From Minisyncoccota bacterium (GTDB taxonomy: Bacteria > Patescibacteriota > Minisyncoccia > Phycocordibacterales > UBA12088), in NCBI GenBank assembly GCA_041920275.1, contig JAYRSE010000007.1:20517-84516 (forward strand): DNA of 64,000 nucleotides. Direction: 5' to 3'. The position numbers and the translations under genes are program-made. A model generated the notes under the pieces. That model did no database searches, was not told where the DNA came from, and was given only the letters and a program-made list of their open reading frames with translations. This document shows, piece after piece, positions 1-10,418 of this stretch (within the stretch, counting starts at the first letter, position 1; every line of letters starts with the position of its first letter).

Positions 1-260
1 TGGTCGAGCGCCTGCTCTTCCGCCGGGGATGGAAAACCGGCCTCGACATAACCCACGAGCGGCACTTCGTCACCGAGCGTAAGTGGGAGCAGCTTACCCT
101 TTCCGTCCTTACGTATGACACCCGCTTCCACCAATTTGTCGACCACCTTGGCGACCGCGTTCTTCGAAGCGAAACCGAACAGCTCGCACATCTCACTGTA
201 GCCGGGCATGCGATGGTGCATGCGGTAGTAGTGCTGTAATTTTTGTTTATATTCTTCCAT
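1..260 (-). CDS. lexA: LexA repressor (N-terminal part; gene runs off the window start)
   Basis: Manual translation from ATG at 260: MEEYKQKLQHYYRMHHRMPGYSEMCELFGFASKNAVAKVVDKLVEAGVIRKD...VPLVGYVEAGFPSPAEE. This is a winged HTH followed by the Ala-Gly autocleavage context (EAGFP). Not in the ORF track. Confidence 0.88.
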   Translation of the reverse strand, partial: MEEYKQKLQHYYRMHHRMPGYSEMCELFGFASKNAVAKVVDKLVEAGVIRKDGKGKLLPLTLGDEVPLVGYVEAGFPSPAEEQALD

Positions 261-275
261 GGTGAACATATGATC
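261..275 (-). promoter_or_regulatory. Imperfect LexA-type box abutting the lexA start codon
   Basis: GGTGAAC-ATAT-GATC; the left arm is identical to that of the perfect palindrome at 709-726. Confidence 0.6.
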
Positions 276-404
276 CGATACATCTTATGGTATGAGCGAG
301 TCCTTGCCTGTCGAGTGGTTGCCGCTCATCGGCGTGCGGTCCGAAAGATCGTCTCGACCTATGCGGTATTCATTCGAAGTATATGGTTATTGTTTTCATG
401 CGCT

Positions 405-674
405 CTAGGCTATCCCCATTCTGAATATCCTCGCCACCGCTCCACCCGCCAAACTGCGACGCGCGGGGCTTTTCGGGATACGTCGTGCCGGTCGACGAGT
501 GGCGCTCGCATCATTGTCCGCGTCGGCCGTGATGCGCGCAAGTGTGGCGAGAAGTTCCCTGTGTCGGCGCGCCTCGTCACGGAACGACTGACCTTTGATG
601 ATCTTGCGGTCGATGCGATCGTTCAAACGTGCGAGCTCGCGTTGTATCTCTTTTCCAAGGGTGTTCTTGCTCAT
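405..674 (-). CDS. Hypothetical basic protein (89 aa), upstream of lexA
   Basis: MSKNTLGKEIQRELARLNDRIDRKIIKG...; ATG at 674 lies just downstream of a consensus promoter. Confidence 0.75.
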   Translation of the reverse strand: MSKNTLGKEIQRELARLNDRIDRKIIKGQSFRDEARRHRELLATLARITADADNDASATRRPARRIPKSPARRSLAGGAVARIFRMGIA

Positions 675-702
675 AGGCCGAAGTGTTAGCTGATATGCAT
701 GC

Positions 703-731
703 AGTATAGGTGAACGGACGTTCACCTGCAA
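703..731 (-). promoter_or_regulatory. Sigma70 promoter with a LexA-type operator in the spacer
   Basis: Minus strand TTGCAG-17 nt-TATACT. The spacer is covered by the perfect palindrome AGGTGAAC-GGAC-GTTCACCT (708-727), which has a GAAC-N4-GTTC core. Confidence 0.8.
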
Positions 732-956
732 GCGCACAGCATGTGGAATACGTACTTTCAAATGACATACTCGACTCTGTCAAGTCGAGATGCGGCGAAA
801 CATACCAAACGACATCCAAGTTCTCCGATGCTGAACAAACCGATGCACCCGTCGAGTAACAGAAATCGGCCAAGCACCACGAAGTATTCTTTTGGAAAGG
901 TCCGACAATGCATCGAACTGTTATGTAGATACGGTATCACCTGCCCGAGCGCACAA

Positions 957-2741
957 TCATTCCTCCGTACGATCGGCAATAAACCCGCCGACCTGGCTGT
1001 GCCAGAACTCGGCGTAGATCCCGTTTCGCGCGATCAATTCCTTGTGCGAGCCCATCTCGACCACCCCGCCGTTCTCGAGCACAATGATCCTGTCCATGTG
1101 TCGGATGGTTGAAAGTCGGTGCGCGATCACTATCGTGGTGCGTCCTTGCATGAGCGCATCGAACGCGCTCTGGATATGTCGCTCTGACACGGAATCGAGC
1201 GATGATGTCGCCTCATCCAGTATGACGATCGGGGCATCCTTGAGGAGTGCGCGCGCGATCGCAATGCGCTGGCGCTCTCCACCGGAAAGCTTCACGCCGC
1301 GTTCCCCCACGAGCGTGTCGTACCCCTCTCGATTCCTCATGATGAACTCATGCGCATGAGCACGTCGCGCAGCCTCTTCCACCTCCTCCCGCTTCGCACC
1401 TTCCTTTCCGTACGCGATGTTCTCGAAAAAGGTGCGATGAAAGAGACCGGGCTCCTGTGGCACATAGGCGATCCTGCGACGAAGCTCATCCTGTCGCACC
1501 TTGGTGATGTCCTGCCCGTCGATACGAATGCTCCCGCTCTCCACATCGAGAAAGCGCAGCAAAAGTTTTACAATGGTCGACTTCCCCGCTCCGGAATGCC
1601 CCACGAAGGCCACCTTTTCGCCGGGTTGTATGTCGAGCGAAAGATCCTCGAACACGTACCGGCCGTTATCGTACCCGTGCCTCACGTTCGAGAACACGAT
1701 GTGTCCCTTCGAAACGCGCACCTGCTCCGGCTCGAGCGGATCCAGCACCTCGACCGGCGTGTCGAGGAGTTCCACCATCTCGTTCGCGTCGGTGAGCGCC
1801 CGGCTTATGTTAAGCACGTTGCGACTGATCTGCCACACAATATTGAAGCTACGCAACACATACAGGACCACGAGCGTCATGAGTCCCGCACTTGCCGACC
1901 CCCGCATCCACAGCACCGCGACACCCGCGATGATCGCGATCTCGAACGCATTGATGGTGACACCTTGGAACGCACTGTTCCAAAAGCCGTTCTGCATCCA
2001 CGCGCGACGCGCGGTGGTGAGCTGGTACGCGGTCGTTTCCTCGAAACTCGCCCGCTCCCGCGAAGAAGCACCGAACATCTTTACGGTCAAAATGTTCGCA
2101 AGGATGTCGGAAAGGTGTGCGGTCACCTTCGAATCCGCCTCGGCGTTCTCGAGTGACTTCGGTATCGTCCAACGCACCATGCCGTACACCAGCCCCCCAT
2201 AGAAAAACAACCACATGAGAAAGAACACCCCTAACTGCCACGAATGGTACCAGAGCACCGCGACCGCACTGAGAAGCGCGAGCCCTTGCATCCACAGCTG
2301 AAATACGATCTGATCGTGCAGCTCCTCGAACGCACGCACGAAACGCTTCACCTTGGCGACGAGACCGCCCGTGAATGTGTCGCTGTAGAAACGGTAGGAC
2401 TTCCCAATGAGTCCGGAAAGCGCGTAGTCGGCAAGGTGCTTCAATGCATCGCATTGCATAGTAATGATGCAGTAATCGCCGATGCGGTAGAATACGTTGT
2501 AGATCACAACGGCGCCAACCAGGTACCAAAGCATAAGCACAAGCAAGCGCGGCGCATCACTACCGCCGGTCGCTATGATATCCACCATCTCTTTGTACAA
2601 GAGTGGTACCACTATGGCACTCACAAGCGAACCCAGACCATAGGAAAAGAATATCAGCACCTGCTTGACCGGATACATTCGCACGAACGGCCAGTAGTGC
2701 TTGAGTATGGAACACCAGTGAAGTTTTTCATTCTTTTTCAT
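957..2741 (-). CDS. ABC transporter, fused permease/ATP-binding (MdlB/MsbA-like exporter)
   Basis: N-terminal TM helices; Walker A GHSGAGKS, signature LSGGERQR, Walker B IVILDEATS, H-loop IAHRLST. Confidence 0.92.
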   Translation of the reverse strand: MKKNEKLHWCSILKHYWPFVRMYPVKQVLIFFSYGLGSLVSAIVVPLLYKEMVDIIATGGSDAPRLLVLMLWYLVGAVVIYNVFYRIGDYCIITMQCDALKHLADYALSGLIGKSYRFYSDTFTGGLVAKVKRFVRAFEELHDQIVFQLWMQGLALLSAVAVLWYHSWQLGVFFLMWLFFYGGLVYGMVRWTIPKSLENAEADSKVTAHLSDILANILTVKMFGASSRERASFEETTAYQLTTARRAWMQNGFWNSAFQGVTINAFEIAIIAGVAVLWMRGSASAGLMTLVVLYVLRSFNIVWQISRNVLNISRALTDANEMVELLDTPVEVLDPLEPEQVRVSKGHIVFSNVRHGYDNGRYVFEDLSLDIQPGEKVAFVGHSGAGKSTIVKLLLRFLDVESGSIRIDGQDITKVRQDELRRRIAYVPQEPGLFHRTFFENIAYGKEGAKREEVEEAARRAHAHEFIMRNREGYDTLVGERGVKLSGGERQRIAIARALLKDAPIVILDEATSSLDSVSERHIQSAFDALMQGRTTIVIAHRLSTIRHMDRIIVLENGGVVEMGSHKELIARNGIYAEFWHSQVGGFIADRTEE

Positions 2742-2952
2742 GATGTATGCTAAACGGGTGCTCCGGATACCCGACAATATGCAAACCGCGCGATGACATG
2801 GCCGAGTCAAAGATCCGATGGAGCCACTCTACCGAATCAAACGGCAGACCGTTTGTGGGTCATACTGTTTAGGGTATACTCTCGGTACACTTGAAGGAAC
2901 TTCGGTGCATGGTCGCGCCATCCACACACCTTATATTATCTATTTACGACGT

Positions 2953-3525
2953 ATGAAAACACGCATTCTTTCCCTCTTGCTCGCGGTATCGCTCGGAACG
3001 AACGCATACCTCATTGCACGACTTCAACATACTACTGCAGACGTTTCCCCGGACACATCGCAAGAAACCCCGGCAAAAGAAGAATCGACACCGTATGCAA
3101 GCGGAGGCACCTACCCGTTCATTCGCGTGGTCGATGGCGACACGGTCATCGTGGGGATCGCGGGACGAAGCGAGTATGTACGCCTGATCGGGATCGACTC
3201 CCCCGAACCGAACGACCCTGACGGGCCCGAGTGCTACGCCACGGAAGCGACCGAGCACATGAAGGAACTTGCCCATACCGGTACGGTAGTGCTTCGCTTC
3301 GAACCTGCACAAGGATACCGCGACACCTACGGTCGCTTACTCGCGTACGTGGAGCTTACGGACGGTACCGACCTTGGTGAGCGCATGCTTGGCGACGGGT
3401 ACGCCCGAGAGTTCACCTACGGGCAAGGCCACGCGCGACGTGAGCAATACCTTGCGGCGGAGAACGACGCACGCACCAACGCGCGCGGTCTGTGGGCACC
3501 GGAAACCTGCTCCTCGACGGAATGA
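2953..3525 (+). CDS. Thermonuclease (SNase) family protein with N-terminal anchor
   Basis: RVVDGDT, VRLIGIDSPE, DTYGRLLAYV and ARGLW motifs. Confidence 0.92.
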   Translation: MKTRILSLLLAVSLGTNAYLIARLQHTTADVSPDTSQETPAKEESTPYASGGTYPFIRVVDGDTVIVGIAGRSEYVRLIGIDSPEPNDPDGPECYATEATEHMKELAHTGTVVLRFEPAQGYRDTYGRLLAYVELTDGTDLGERMLGDGYAREFTYGQGHARREQYLAAENDARTNARGLWAPETCSSTE

Positions 3526-3551
3526 TCGCGATCGAAGGATGCTCGATCCGC

Positions 3552-4031
3552 CTATCGATCGAGTGGACACAACGCTCGCACCGTGGCGAGCACTTCCTGC
3601 GGATGTCCCACCGGAGTGACCTTCTCCCACACCTCCGCCACCTTACCCTGCGGATCGACGAGGAACGTACTTCGCGAGGTACCCATGTACGTGCGCCCCA
3701 TGAATGTCCGCTCACCCCAAGTGCCGAACGCTTCCATGAGAACATGCTCGGTATCGGCGACCAATGTGAACACGAGCTTCTTCTTTTCGATAAACTTTCG
3801 ATGCGACGCACACGTGTCTTTACTCACCCCCAACACACGCACCCCGAGCTCTTTGAATGCGCTCGCATGATCGCGAAACCCTTCGGCCTCAAGCGTACAA
3901 CCGGGAGTATCGTCCTTTGGATAAAAGTACACCACCGCCCACGAACCGAGCAATTCGCGCAAGGTAAACCGCGCACCGTTCTCATCAACGAGCGCAACAT
4001 CGAGCGGCACAGTATCACCCTTCTGCAACAT
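3552..4031 (-). CDS. bcp: Peroxiredoxin Bcp/PrxQ
   Basis: YFYPKDDTPGCTLEA motif. Confidence 0.92.
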   Translation of the reverse strand: MLQKGDTVPLDVALVDENGARFTLRELLGSWAVVYFYPKDDTPGCTLEAEGFRDHASAFKELGVRVLGVSKDTCASHRKFIEKKKLVFTLVADTEHVLMEAFGTWGERTFMGRTYMGTSRSTFLVDPQGKVAEVWEKVTPVGHPQEVLATVRALCPLDR

Positions 4032-4103
4032 ACACCCATGCTACCACGGATCGACAACGCACGGAACACCGGGCATGTGCGCCCCGTAAAGTGCATTCCG
4101 GTA

Positions 4104-4946
4104 TCACTCGTCCGCATCAACAACGCCGATACGGTCGTCTTCGACCTCGATGTATCCGGTCGCCGCACTTTCGACGCATTCGCGAACAAGGTAGTTCGTC
4201 TTTGAGAGTGCGTCGTAGGTCATGCGATAGTACTCTCTGGACAATCGCGCGAGCGCGAGCGCCATGGATTCGGTCTCGTATGGATTGTCGGAGAGTTGCG
4301 GCAAGCGATCGATCGGGTTCGTCACAAAAAGCGTACTTGCGGATGTAAAGGACGCACCATACTCGGTCGAAACATTATGCGCGACCACAAGCCCCGTTTC
4401 GACATCGACAAGTGCATATCGCTTACAATTCGTACCGCACGCAAGTTCGGCTACTGCGAAACGCCCTGCAAAATTCACCCCCTCTCGCAGTGCCCGCTCG
4501 AGCGCAGGTGCGTTTTCTTTCGCCTCCGGAAAAAGTGCGAGGTCCAACTTCGAAGCCGGCACCCCTTCGTATGGAATGATCGTCGCGTCGGTACCGGTCG
4601 CCTTTCGGCCCTCGGTACGCTCCAAGACCGCTTCACAGGTGAGCGCTTTCGAACGGACAGGGTGTATCTCGGAGGGCTTTTTGCTCACCCCACCGATCTC
4701 TTTCACATCACCCCACATCCATAGCACAAAATCACCTGCACAGGTGTGAACCAGCCGCCCCATTGGGTACCAACTCACCGTAAGGCCATCGTACACTTGC
4801 TTTCCCTCGGCATCGTAGCACGTGGCGGGAAGCGGACCGAACGCGACCAGTGTCGTTTCGACCGCACGTCGCACCCCGCCGTCATCCATCCACGGCGCCC
4901 ATACCACACATGCGAAACACACAAGGACGATGAGACTGCGTAGCAT
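4104..4946 (-). CDS. Hypothetical exported protein
   Basis: Hydrophobic N-terminus; NFAGRF...CGTNC motif; TATACT just upstream. Confidence 0.7.
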   Translation of the reverse strand: MLRSLIVLVCFACVVWAPWMDDGGVRRAVETTLVAFGPLPATCYDAEGKQVYDGLTVSWYPMGRLVHTCAGDFVLWMWGDVKEIGGVSKKPSEIHPVRSKALTCEAVLERTEGRKATGTDATIIPYEGVPASKLDLALFPEAKENAPALERALREGVNFAGRFAVAELACGTNCKRYALVDVETGLVVAHNVSTEYGASFTSASTLFVTNPIDRLPQLSDNPYETESMALALARLSREYYRMTYDALSKTNYLVRECVESAATGYIEVEDDRIGVVDADE

Positions 4947-5053
4947 ACGAGGTTACAGTATACCACCCGAACACAGCGTGCCGCGAATGCACGGGATGCG
5001 AGTCGGCGCGCAAAGCTCGCGACCCTTTACCGAGGACCAAGGGCACACCTTGC

Positions 5054-5977
5054 TCAGAACAAGGCACCGAGGCCGCTTTCGTACGCATCACAGAGCACCA
5101 CCTCGTCCCCGCCCTTTCCAACCTTTTTGCCCACCCACACAAGCGCCTCATCGAACCCGCCGAGCGCGTCGACAAGCCTGAGCCGAAGCGCTTCGGTGCC
5201 TACATACGCACGACCGTCGGCAAGCGCCGCAACCTCTTCACGCGTGAGCACGGGACGCGCTTGTGCGATACGATCCACCATGTACTCGTGCACGCTTTCA
5301 ACCTGCATCTTGAAGAAGTCGCGTTCCTCGTTCCGCAACGAACGTTCGGGGTGCCCCGCGTCTTTGTATGCCCCGCTCGAAAGGTCAACCCATCGCGACC
5401 CTTCTATGTCGCTCGAACTCGCGACCTCGAGGTACGACATGGTGACACCGATCGAACCGACATCGGACACAGGCGATGCGATGATGTGGTCGGCACCTGC
5501 CGCGACCCAGTATGCGGCACTTGCACCCATCTCGCGCACGACCGCAACGACCGGCTTGTTCGCCTTGAGAAGCGCTTCGAGCATCTCGTCGGCGGCGACC
5601 GGCGTACCGCCGGGCGAATCGATCTCTACAAGTATGGCGTCGATTTCGGGATCTTCCTCGGCCCATCGCACGCTCGCCACGAAGTCGTCCGCGCTCGAGA
5701 TCATGCCGTACTCAAGTAAAGGGCCGATACCGGAGTCGGTCGTCGTAACAATGCCGGTGAGCGGCACCCGTGCGACCGTGCAGTACGCATCCTCGTCGCC
5801 AAAAACGCTGACCACGACAAGGAACAGGAACACGGTCACACACCAGAACAGAAACGCCGGCACCCCTACGAAAAGCGCGATACTCGCTGTGACGACCTTC
5901 GACACCCATCCATGGTGACCGCGCAAGACGGATGCATGAACCGAACGCGTTTCCATATATGATGGTGTTTCATCCAT
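5054..5977 (-). CDS. sppA: Signal peptide peptidase SppA (S49)
   Basis: IDSPGG, GASAAYW, VGSIGV and GAYKD motifs; N-terminal TM segment. Confidence 0.9.
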   Translation of the reverse strand: MDETPSYMETRSVHASVLRGHHGWVSKVVTASIALFVGVPAFLFWCVTVFLFLVVVSVFGDEDAYCTVARVPLTGIVTTTDSGIGPLLEYGMISSADDFVASVRWAEEDPEIDAILVEIDSPGGTPVAADEMLEALLKANKPVVAVVREMGASAAYWVAAGADHIIASPVSDVGSIGVTMSYLEVASSSDIEGSRWVDLSSGAYKDAGHPERSLRNEERDFFKMQVESVHEYMVDRIAQARPVLTREEVAALADGRAYVGTEALRLRLVDALGGFDEALVWVGKKVGKGGDEVVLCDAYESGLGALF

Positions 5978-6085
5978 GTCGTGGTAGTATAGCACCTGCC
6001 AAGCGGCACGTACGAGCATGTATCCACATCGGGTGCGAGCGTGCCGCAAATAAATTTTATTTACGATCGATTAAACACGCCCACT

Positions 6086-7513
6086 ATGCGCAACCCCGTC
6101 TCGTATCGTTCAAAAACAAAGATAGTCGCCACACTCGGTCCTCGCTCCGCAAGCAAAGAGGTCATCATGGACATGCTCGACGCCGGCATGACCGTTGCGC
6201 GCTTCAACATGAGCCACGGCAGCCATGCGGAGCATGCGGAACTCATGCGCACCGCTCGCCTCGCCGCCAAAGCGGCGAAACGACCGCTCGCGATCCTGCA
6301 AGACCTCTCGGGCCCCAAGATCCGCATCGGCGACTTCGAGACCGAGACGGTCACCCTTGAAGAAGGTGCCGAGCTGACGCTCACCACCGTACCCTGCACC
6401 GGCACTCAAACACAAGTATTCGTGAACTACAAAAAACTGCCACAGGAAGTGCGTGCGGGTATGACCGTGTTCCTGAACGACGGCAAGATCATGCTCAAGG
6501 TAACCGAAGTGACCGACACCGACATACGCACGATCGTTCAGAACGGGGGCGAGATCCGCGGCAGGCGCGGCGTGAATGTGCCGGACGGCGACCTTTCGAT
6601 CGCATCACTTACCGCCAAGGACCGTAAGGACCTTATGTTCGGCCTCGAGCAAGGAGTCGACTTCGTCACCCTTTCGTTCGTCCGGAGCGCAAAAGATGTG
6701 CGTGACCTTCGCAAATTGATCGGTTCCGAACATGCGGTGACCATCGTGGCGAAGATCGAGACGAAGAATGCGATCGACAACATAGACGAGATCATTGAAG
6801 CGGCGGACGCGATCATGGTCGCTCGCGGCGATCTTGCGATCGAAGTGCCCGCGGCACGCGTGCCGCTACTCCAGAAGCGCATCATCCGCAAAGCGAACCA
6901 TGCAGGCAAACCCGTCATCACCGCGACCCAGATGCTCGACTCGATGCGCGTCGCTCCGGTGCCCACCCGCGCCGAAGTGAACGATGTTGCGAACGCGATA
7001 CTCGACGGTACCGATGCGGTCATGCTATCCGACGAGTCCGCCATGGGCGAGCATCCTGCACGCGCGGTGCGCACCATGTCGCGCATCGCGCACGAAACGG
7101 AGAACGACCCGCTCTTTGCTGAACGTGCGAACTCATGGGACTTTCCGCCGCGCACCACGTGCGATGCGGTGAGTCGAGCGATCGTGCAGGCAATACCGGT
7201 CGTGGGAGCGCGCGCAGTGGTCGCCTTCAGCGAAAGCGGCCACACCGGCAGAATGGTCGCTCGTTATCGTCCGCTTGTTCCTGTTCTGGTGCTCACACCC
7301 CATCAAAAGACCTACAACCGCAGCCTCGTGACCTACGCCTGCGAACCGGTCTTGGTGCGTCCAGCGAAACAGCTTTCCGACGCTCAGACCATGGCACGTA
7401 AAGCGCTTCTCTCTCGCTCGCTCGCGAACGAGGGTGATGTGTACATTCTCGGTGCGGGTATACCGTTCGGTGCACCGGGCGCTACAAACCTGATGCTGGT
7501 CGAAAAGGTGTAG
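6086..7513 (+). CDS. pyk: Pyruvate kinase
   Basis: TKIVATLGP, ARFNMSHG, DLSGPKIR, MVARGDL, ATQMLDSM and DAVMLS motifs. Confidence 0.97.
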   Translation: MRNPVSYRSKTKIVATLGPRSASKEVIMDMLDAGMTVARFNMSHGSHAEHAELMRTARLAAKAAKRPLAILQDLSGPKIRIGDFETETVTLEEGAELTLTTVPCTGTQTQVFVNYKKLPQEVRAGMTVFLNDGKIMLKVTEVTDTDIRTIVQNGGEIRGRRGVNVPDGDLSIASLTAKDRKDLMFGLEQGVDFVTLSFVRSAKDVRDLRKLIGSEHAVTIVAKIETKNAIDNIDEIIEAADAIMVARGDLAIEVPAARVPLLQKRIIRKANHAGKPVITATQMLDSMRVAPVPTRAEVNDVANAILDGTDAVMLSDESAMGEHPARAVRTMSRIAHETENDPLFAERANSWDFPPRTTCDAVSRAIVQAIPVVGARAVVAFSESGHTGRMVARYRPLVPVLVLTPHQKTYNRSLVTYACEPVLVRPAKQLSDAQTMARKALLSRSLANEGDVYILGAGIPFGAPGATNLMLVEKV

Positions 7514-8567
7514 TGTAGAGCGTGCGTGCACGCTCCCACATACTCGAGTCGCCTTGCGTCTCCTTGAGCCAGTACCACCACTCCGCCCCCCACAGGTACT
7601 GCGTGTCGAAGCGGGTGTGTCGCGCATAGCTGAGTATCTCTTCGAACATCGATACGTTCATACGCTCGAGCTGAAGCGCAAGCGGTGCGTCGCGCAAGGA
7701 CCTGTCGAGCCACGGCTCGGCCGAAAGCTCGATGAGCACCGACTCCTTCTCACCATATAAGAGACGCATGAGCGCGCGCTTAAGCACGTATGTTTGTGCC
7801 GGAAGTATGCTTTTGATCGGACCCGTCACTTCGTTCCACAGATAGAGATATACACTCGTTCCGAACTTATCCCCGCTCCGGTACGCGCCGTGCCAAAGGC
7901 CCAAGTTGCCACTGTCAGTGACGAGTATCTTCCGCGACGGGTCGAGCTCGCGCACAAGTGCCACTTCGCGCGCGAGGAACGTACGGTCGAGCTCCCCGCA
8001 ATGCTCATACGCAAAGACGGTAAGGTACGGTTCGTTCTCCACTTGCCACTCCTCGACCGCCGGATGGCCCTTGTACCGTGACACCACCGTCTCGAGGTAT
8101 GCGAGAATGCGCGCTTGTTGCTCTTCCTTGGTGAGACCTTTCGCCCACTCCGGCACGTGACATTCAGGCCATCGCGGGAGGCGCCTACCGACCGCAAGCA
8201 CGACCGTGGCTCCGCGCTCCTGCGCCATGTCGAGCTGCGTATCAAGCTCGGCAAAGTTCCATACATCAGCTTCCGGCTCCACCATCGGCCAGTGCGCCGC
8301 AAGGCGAAGACGACGCACTTTGAGATCATCCAAGATCGCGGTATATACGGCTTGCCAGTCGAGCCCGAGCTCGCGTGCATAGGGGGTATTGAAGGAAACG
8401 CCATAGGTGACCGTTTCCGGCATGGGAACCGCGAAGTGCGCGTATGTTCCGAACACGACCGCAAGCGTAAGTCCTAAGAGCGCTACGAAAAAGGACCACC
8501 GAATGACCGCACGGAGCGCACGCCGCCATCTCCCGTTCTCGCGAGGCGAACGTGCGGCCGTGTTCAT
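7482..8567 (-). CDS. Membrane-anchored clan GH-A glycoside hydrolase (GH5/GH42-like)
   Basis: WQVENEP acid/base motif, ELSAEPW nucleophile region, N-terminal TM; ATGA overlap with the upstream gene. Confidence 0.75.
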   Translation of the reverse strand: MNTAARSPRENGRWRRALRAVIRWSFFVALLGLTLAVVFGTYAHFAVPMPETVTYGVSFNTPYARELGLDWQAVYTAILDDLKVRRLRLAAHWPMVEPEADVWNFAELDTQLDMAQERGATVVLAVGRRLPRWPECHVPEWAKGLTKEEQQARILAYLETVVSRYKGHPAVEEWQVENEPYLTVFAYEHCGELDRTFLAREVALVRELDPSRKILVTDSGNLGLWHGAYRSGDKFGTSVYLYLWNEVTGPIKSILPAQTYVLKRALMRLLYGEKESVLIELSAEPWLDRSLRDAPLALQLERMNVSMFEEILSYARHTRFDTQYLWGAEWWYWLKETQGDSSMWERARTLYTTPFRPASGL

Positions 8568-9499
8568 AGAAACATGAGAAAAAGACCGAGCGCGATAAAT
8601 GGAATGGAGATCGCTTTGTGTACGATCTCTTCCACGGAAAGGTTCTCGCCCGCGTCTTTCGAAAGAGCCCTGCCGCAACACACGCTCACACCGAGCAGAA
8701 AGAGGTACTGCACACCCCCGAGTGCCTGCACGAGTGCCACATCTCCATGCTCGATCGCCTTGAGGATGATCAAGCTTGCAAGGCCCGCGAGAAGCTTGTT
8801 ACCAACGACAAAAAACCCATCGCGCATGCTCGCACGTTTGGTGTGTCCGATAATGTTCTCGTAGTACTCCGGAACGAGGAGCATTGACAGTGCAACCCCC
8901 ACGATCGCAAGGCGAGACCAGAAGAATGCGGTGTCAAAGTTGGTGGCATCAAAGAGCGCCTTGATCGCGATGTGGTGGATGCCGTACATGAGACCGGCAT
9001 GAGTTGCGGAAAGCATCGTATGCTTGGTGAAGCGGAAACGAGAGACGATGATCGTGCCGACGACGAGCAAACCGAAGCCGAGCAAGAAATTGCCCGAAAG
9101 CATTCCGTCCAAAAAGAAGTACGAGAGCAGCAGGGTGAAAAAGGCGTTCAAACCACCCACGACCGGCGCCACATCGGACGCGTCGCTCTTTTGCAGTGCG
9201 TGAAAAAATGACACGAGCGCCGTGAAGAAGGAGTAACCGGCCGTGATGGACAGCGCGAACACGAGGAGTGATGGCGCTTCGACATTACTGAACGAAGGAA
9301 TGGACAGGCCGTCGATCGGGACTTTGAGCCAGCTGAAGAAAAAGACAACGATGGAACCAGAGGACAAGATGCTGATCCAGAACGAGTACGAGAGCGGGCG
9401 CAGTGCGACCGTATTGCTCGTGATCACGTACTTATCCACAAGCGCCACGAGCGCCAAAAGCAGTTGTCCCGCGATCGCGAGTCCGAGCCAGAGGTCCAT
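8564..9499 (-). CDS. EamA/DMT family transporter
   Basis: About 10 TM helices in two repeats; ALVDK, DASDVAP and GDVALVQAL motifs. Confidence 0.75.
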   Translation of the reverse strand: MDLWLGLAIAGQLLLALVALVDKYVITSNTVALRPLSYSFWISILSSGSIVVFFFSWLKVPIDGLSIPSFSNVEAPSLLVFALSITAGYSFFTALVSFFHALQKSDASDVAPVVGGLNAFFTLLLSYFFLDGMLSGNFLLGFGLLVVGTIIVSRFRFTKHTMLSATHAGLMYGIHHIAIKALFDATNFDTAFFWSRLAIVGVALSMLLVPEYYENIIGHTKRASMRDGFFVVGNKLLAGLASLIILKAIEHGDVALVQALGGVQYLFLLGVSVCCGRALSKDAGENLSVEEIVHKAISIPFIALGLFLMFL

Positions 9500-9542
9500 G
9501 CGAGTATTGTACCCGAGCCACCCCCTCCTCCACAAAAGACTG

Positions 9543-9567
9543 ATGATTGAAGTCAACCTCCAATCAT
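9543..9567 (+). repeat. REP-like hairpin, copy 1
   Basis: ATGATTGAAG-TCAAC-CTCCAATCAT: 10-bp arms with one mismatch. Confidence 0.9.
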
Positions 9568-9704
9568 TTTTTATACACCTCCCCTGCTTGACTTAGGATA
9601 CTACGTTAATCAACATAATATAGAGTGACTGATTTCCTAGTAGTTGAATAATTTAATTGCGTTGCATAGTTCTGACCGAGTGCTCACTTAAAAACAAAGA
9701 ATAT

Positions 9705-10418
9705 ATGAACCGAGTAACTTGCGCCACCGACGAAACATACCACGTATTCAATCGCGGCGTAGACAAGAGAGAAATCTTTTTAACAGACGAAGAACGCATG
9801 TACTTCATCCATCTGCTCTATGTACTCAACGACGTCCATTCCACCTACAACATTCATCGCCATTTTATACAGCATGCAGAACACAACCTGATCAATGGAT
9901 ATGATTGGAGGTTGACTTCAATCATATCCAAACGAGAAACTTTGGTGGACATACTTGCGTTTGTACTCATGCCAAACCATTTTCATCTCATGTTGACCCA
10001 GCGAAGCGAGAATGGTATCTCAGCATTTATGCACCGGCTTGGCACAGGGTTTACCAACTATTTTAATCAGGCACACGAAAGAAGCGGTGCCCTGTTCCAA
10101 GGAACCTACAAACGGGTGCACGTATCCTCTCCAGAATTTTATAATTACCTACCACACTACATACACTTAAACCCCCTGTCAATCGTGGGCACAAAAGAAA
10201 AAACCGCACCGGAGAACATTCGAGCCCTCCTCTCGTACAGATGGAGCAGTTTCCCAGACTACATGGGCAAGAAAAACTTTCCTTCGGTCATCAACACATC
10301 CGCCATACTGAAGTTACCCGATAATACACACGGGTATCGAGAAAGCATACTCAAATACATTGAACCCTCTCCACTCAACTATGCGCCTGAAAAAACAGCG
10401 CTTATCGACTATGATTGA
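9705..10418 (+). CDS. REP-associated tyrosine transposase (Y1_Tnp, HUH superfamily)
   Basis: YHVFNRG, FVLMPNHFHL (HUH), LFQGTYK, YIHLNP (catalytic Tyr) and YRWSS motifs. Confidence 0.93.
   Translation: MNRVTCATDETYHVFNRGVDKREIFLTDEERMYFIHLLYVLNDVHSTYNIHRHFIQHAEHNLINGYDWRLTSIISKRETLVDILAFVLMPNHFHLMLTQRSENGISAFMHRLGTGFTNYFNQAHERSGALFQGTYKRVHVSSPEFYNYLPHYIHLNPLSIVGTKEKTAPENIRALLSYRWSSFPDYMGKKNFPSVINTSAILKLPDNTHGYRESILKYIEPSPLNYAPEKTALIDYD
9896..9930 (-). repeat. REP-like hairpin, copy 2, inside the transposase CDS
   Basis: TGGAT-ATGATTGGAGGTTGACTTCAATCAT-ATCCA. The core (9901-9925) is the exact reverse complement of copy 1, and the stem extends 5 bp further. Confidence 0.9.

Noticed and set aside
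7482-7513. 32-nt convergent overlap between pyk and the GH-A gene
   Set aside because: Common in compact genomes.
9608-9635. dif-like sequence AATCAACATAA-TATAGA-GTGACTGATTT
   Set aside because: Only the XerD-like arm and spacer resemble dif. The other arm does not, and the site lies in the AT-rich transposase promoter region.
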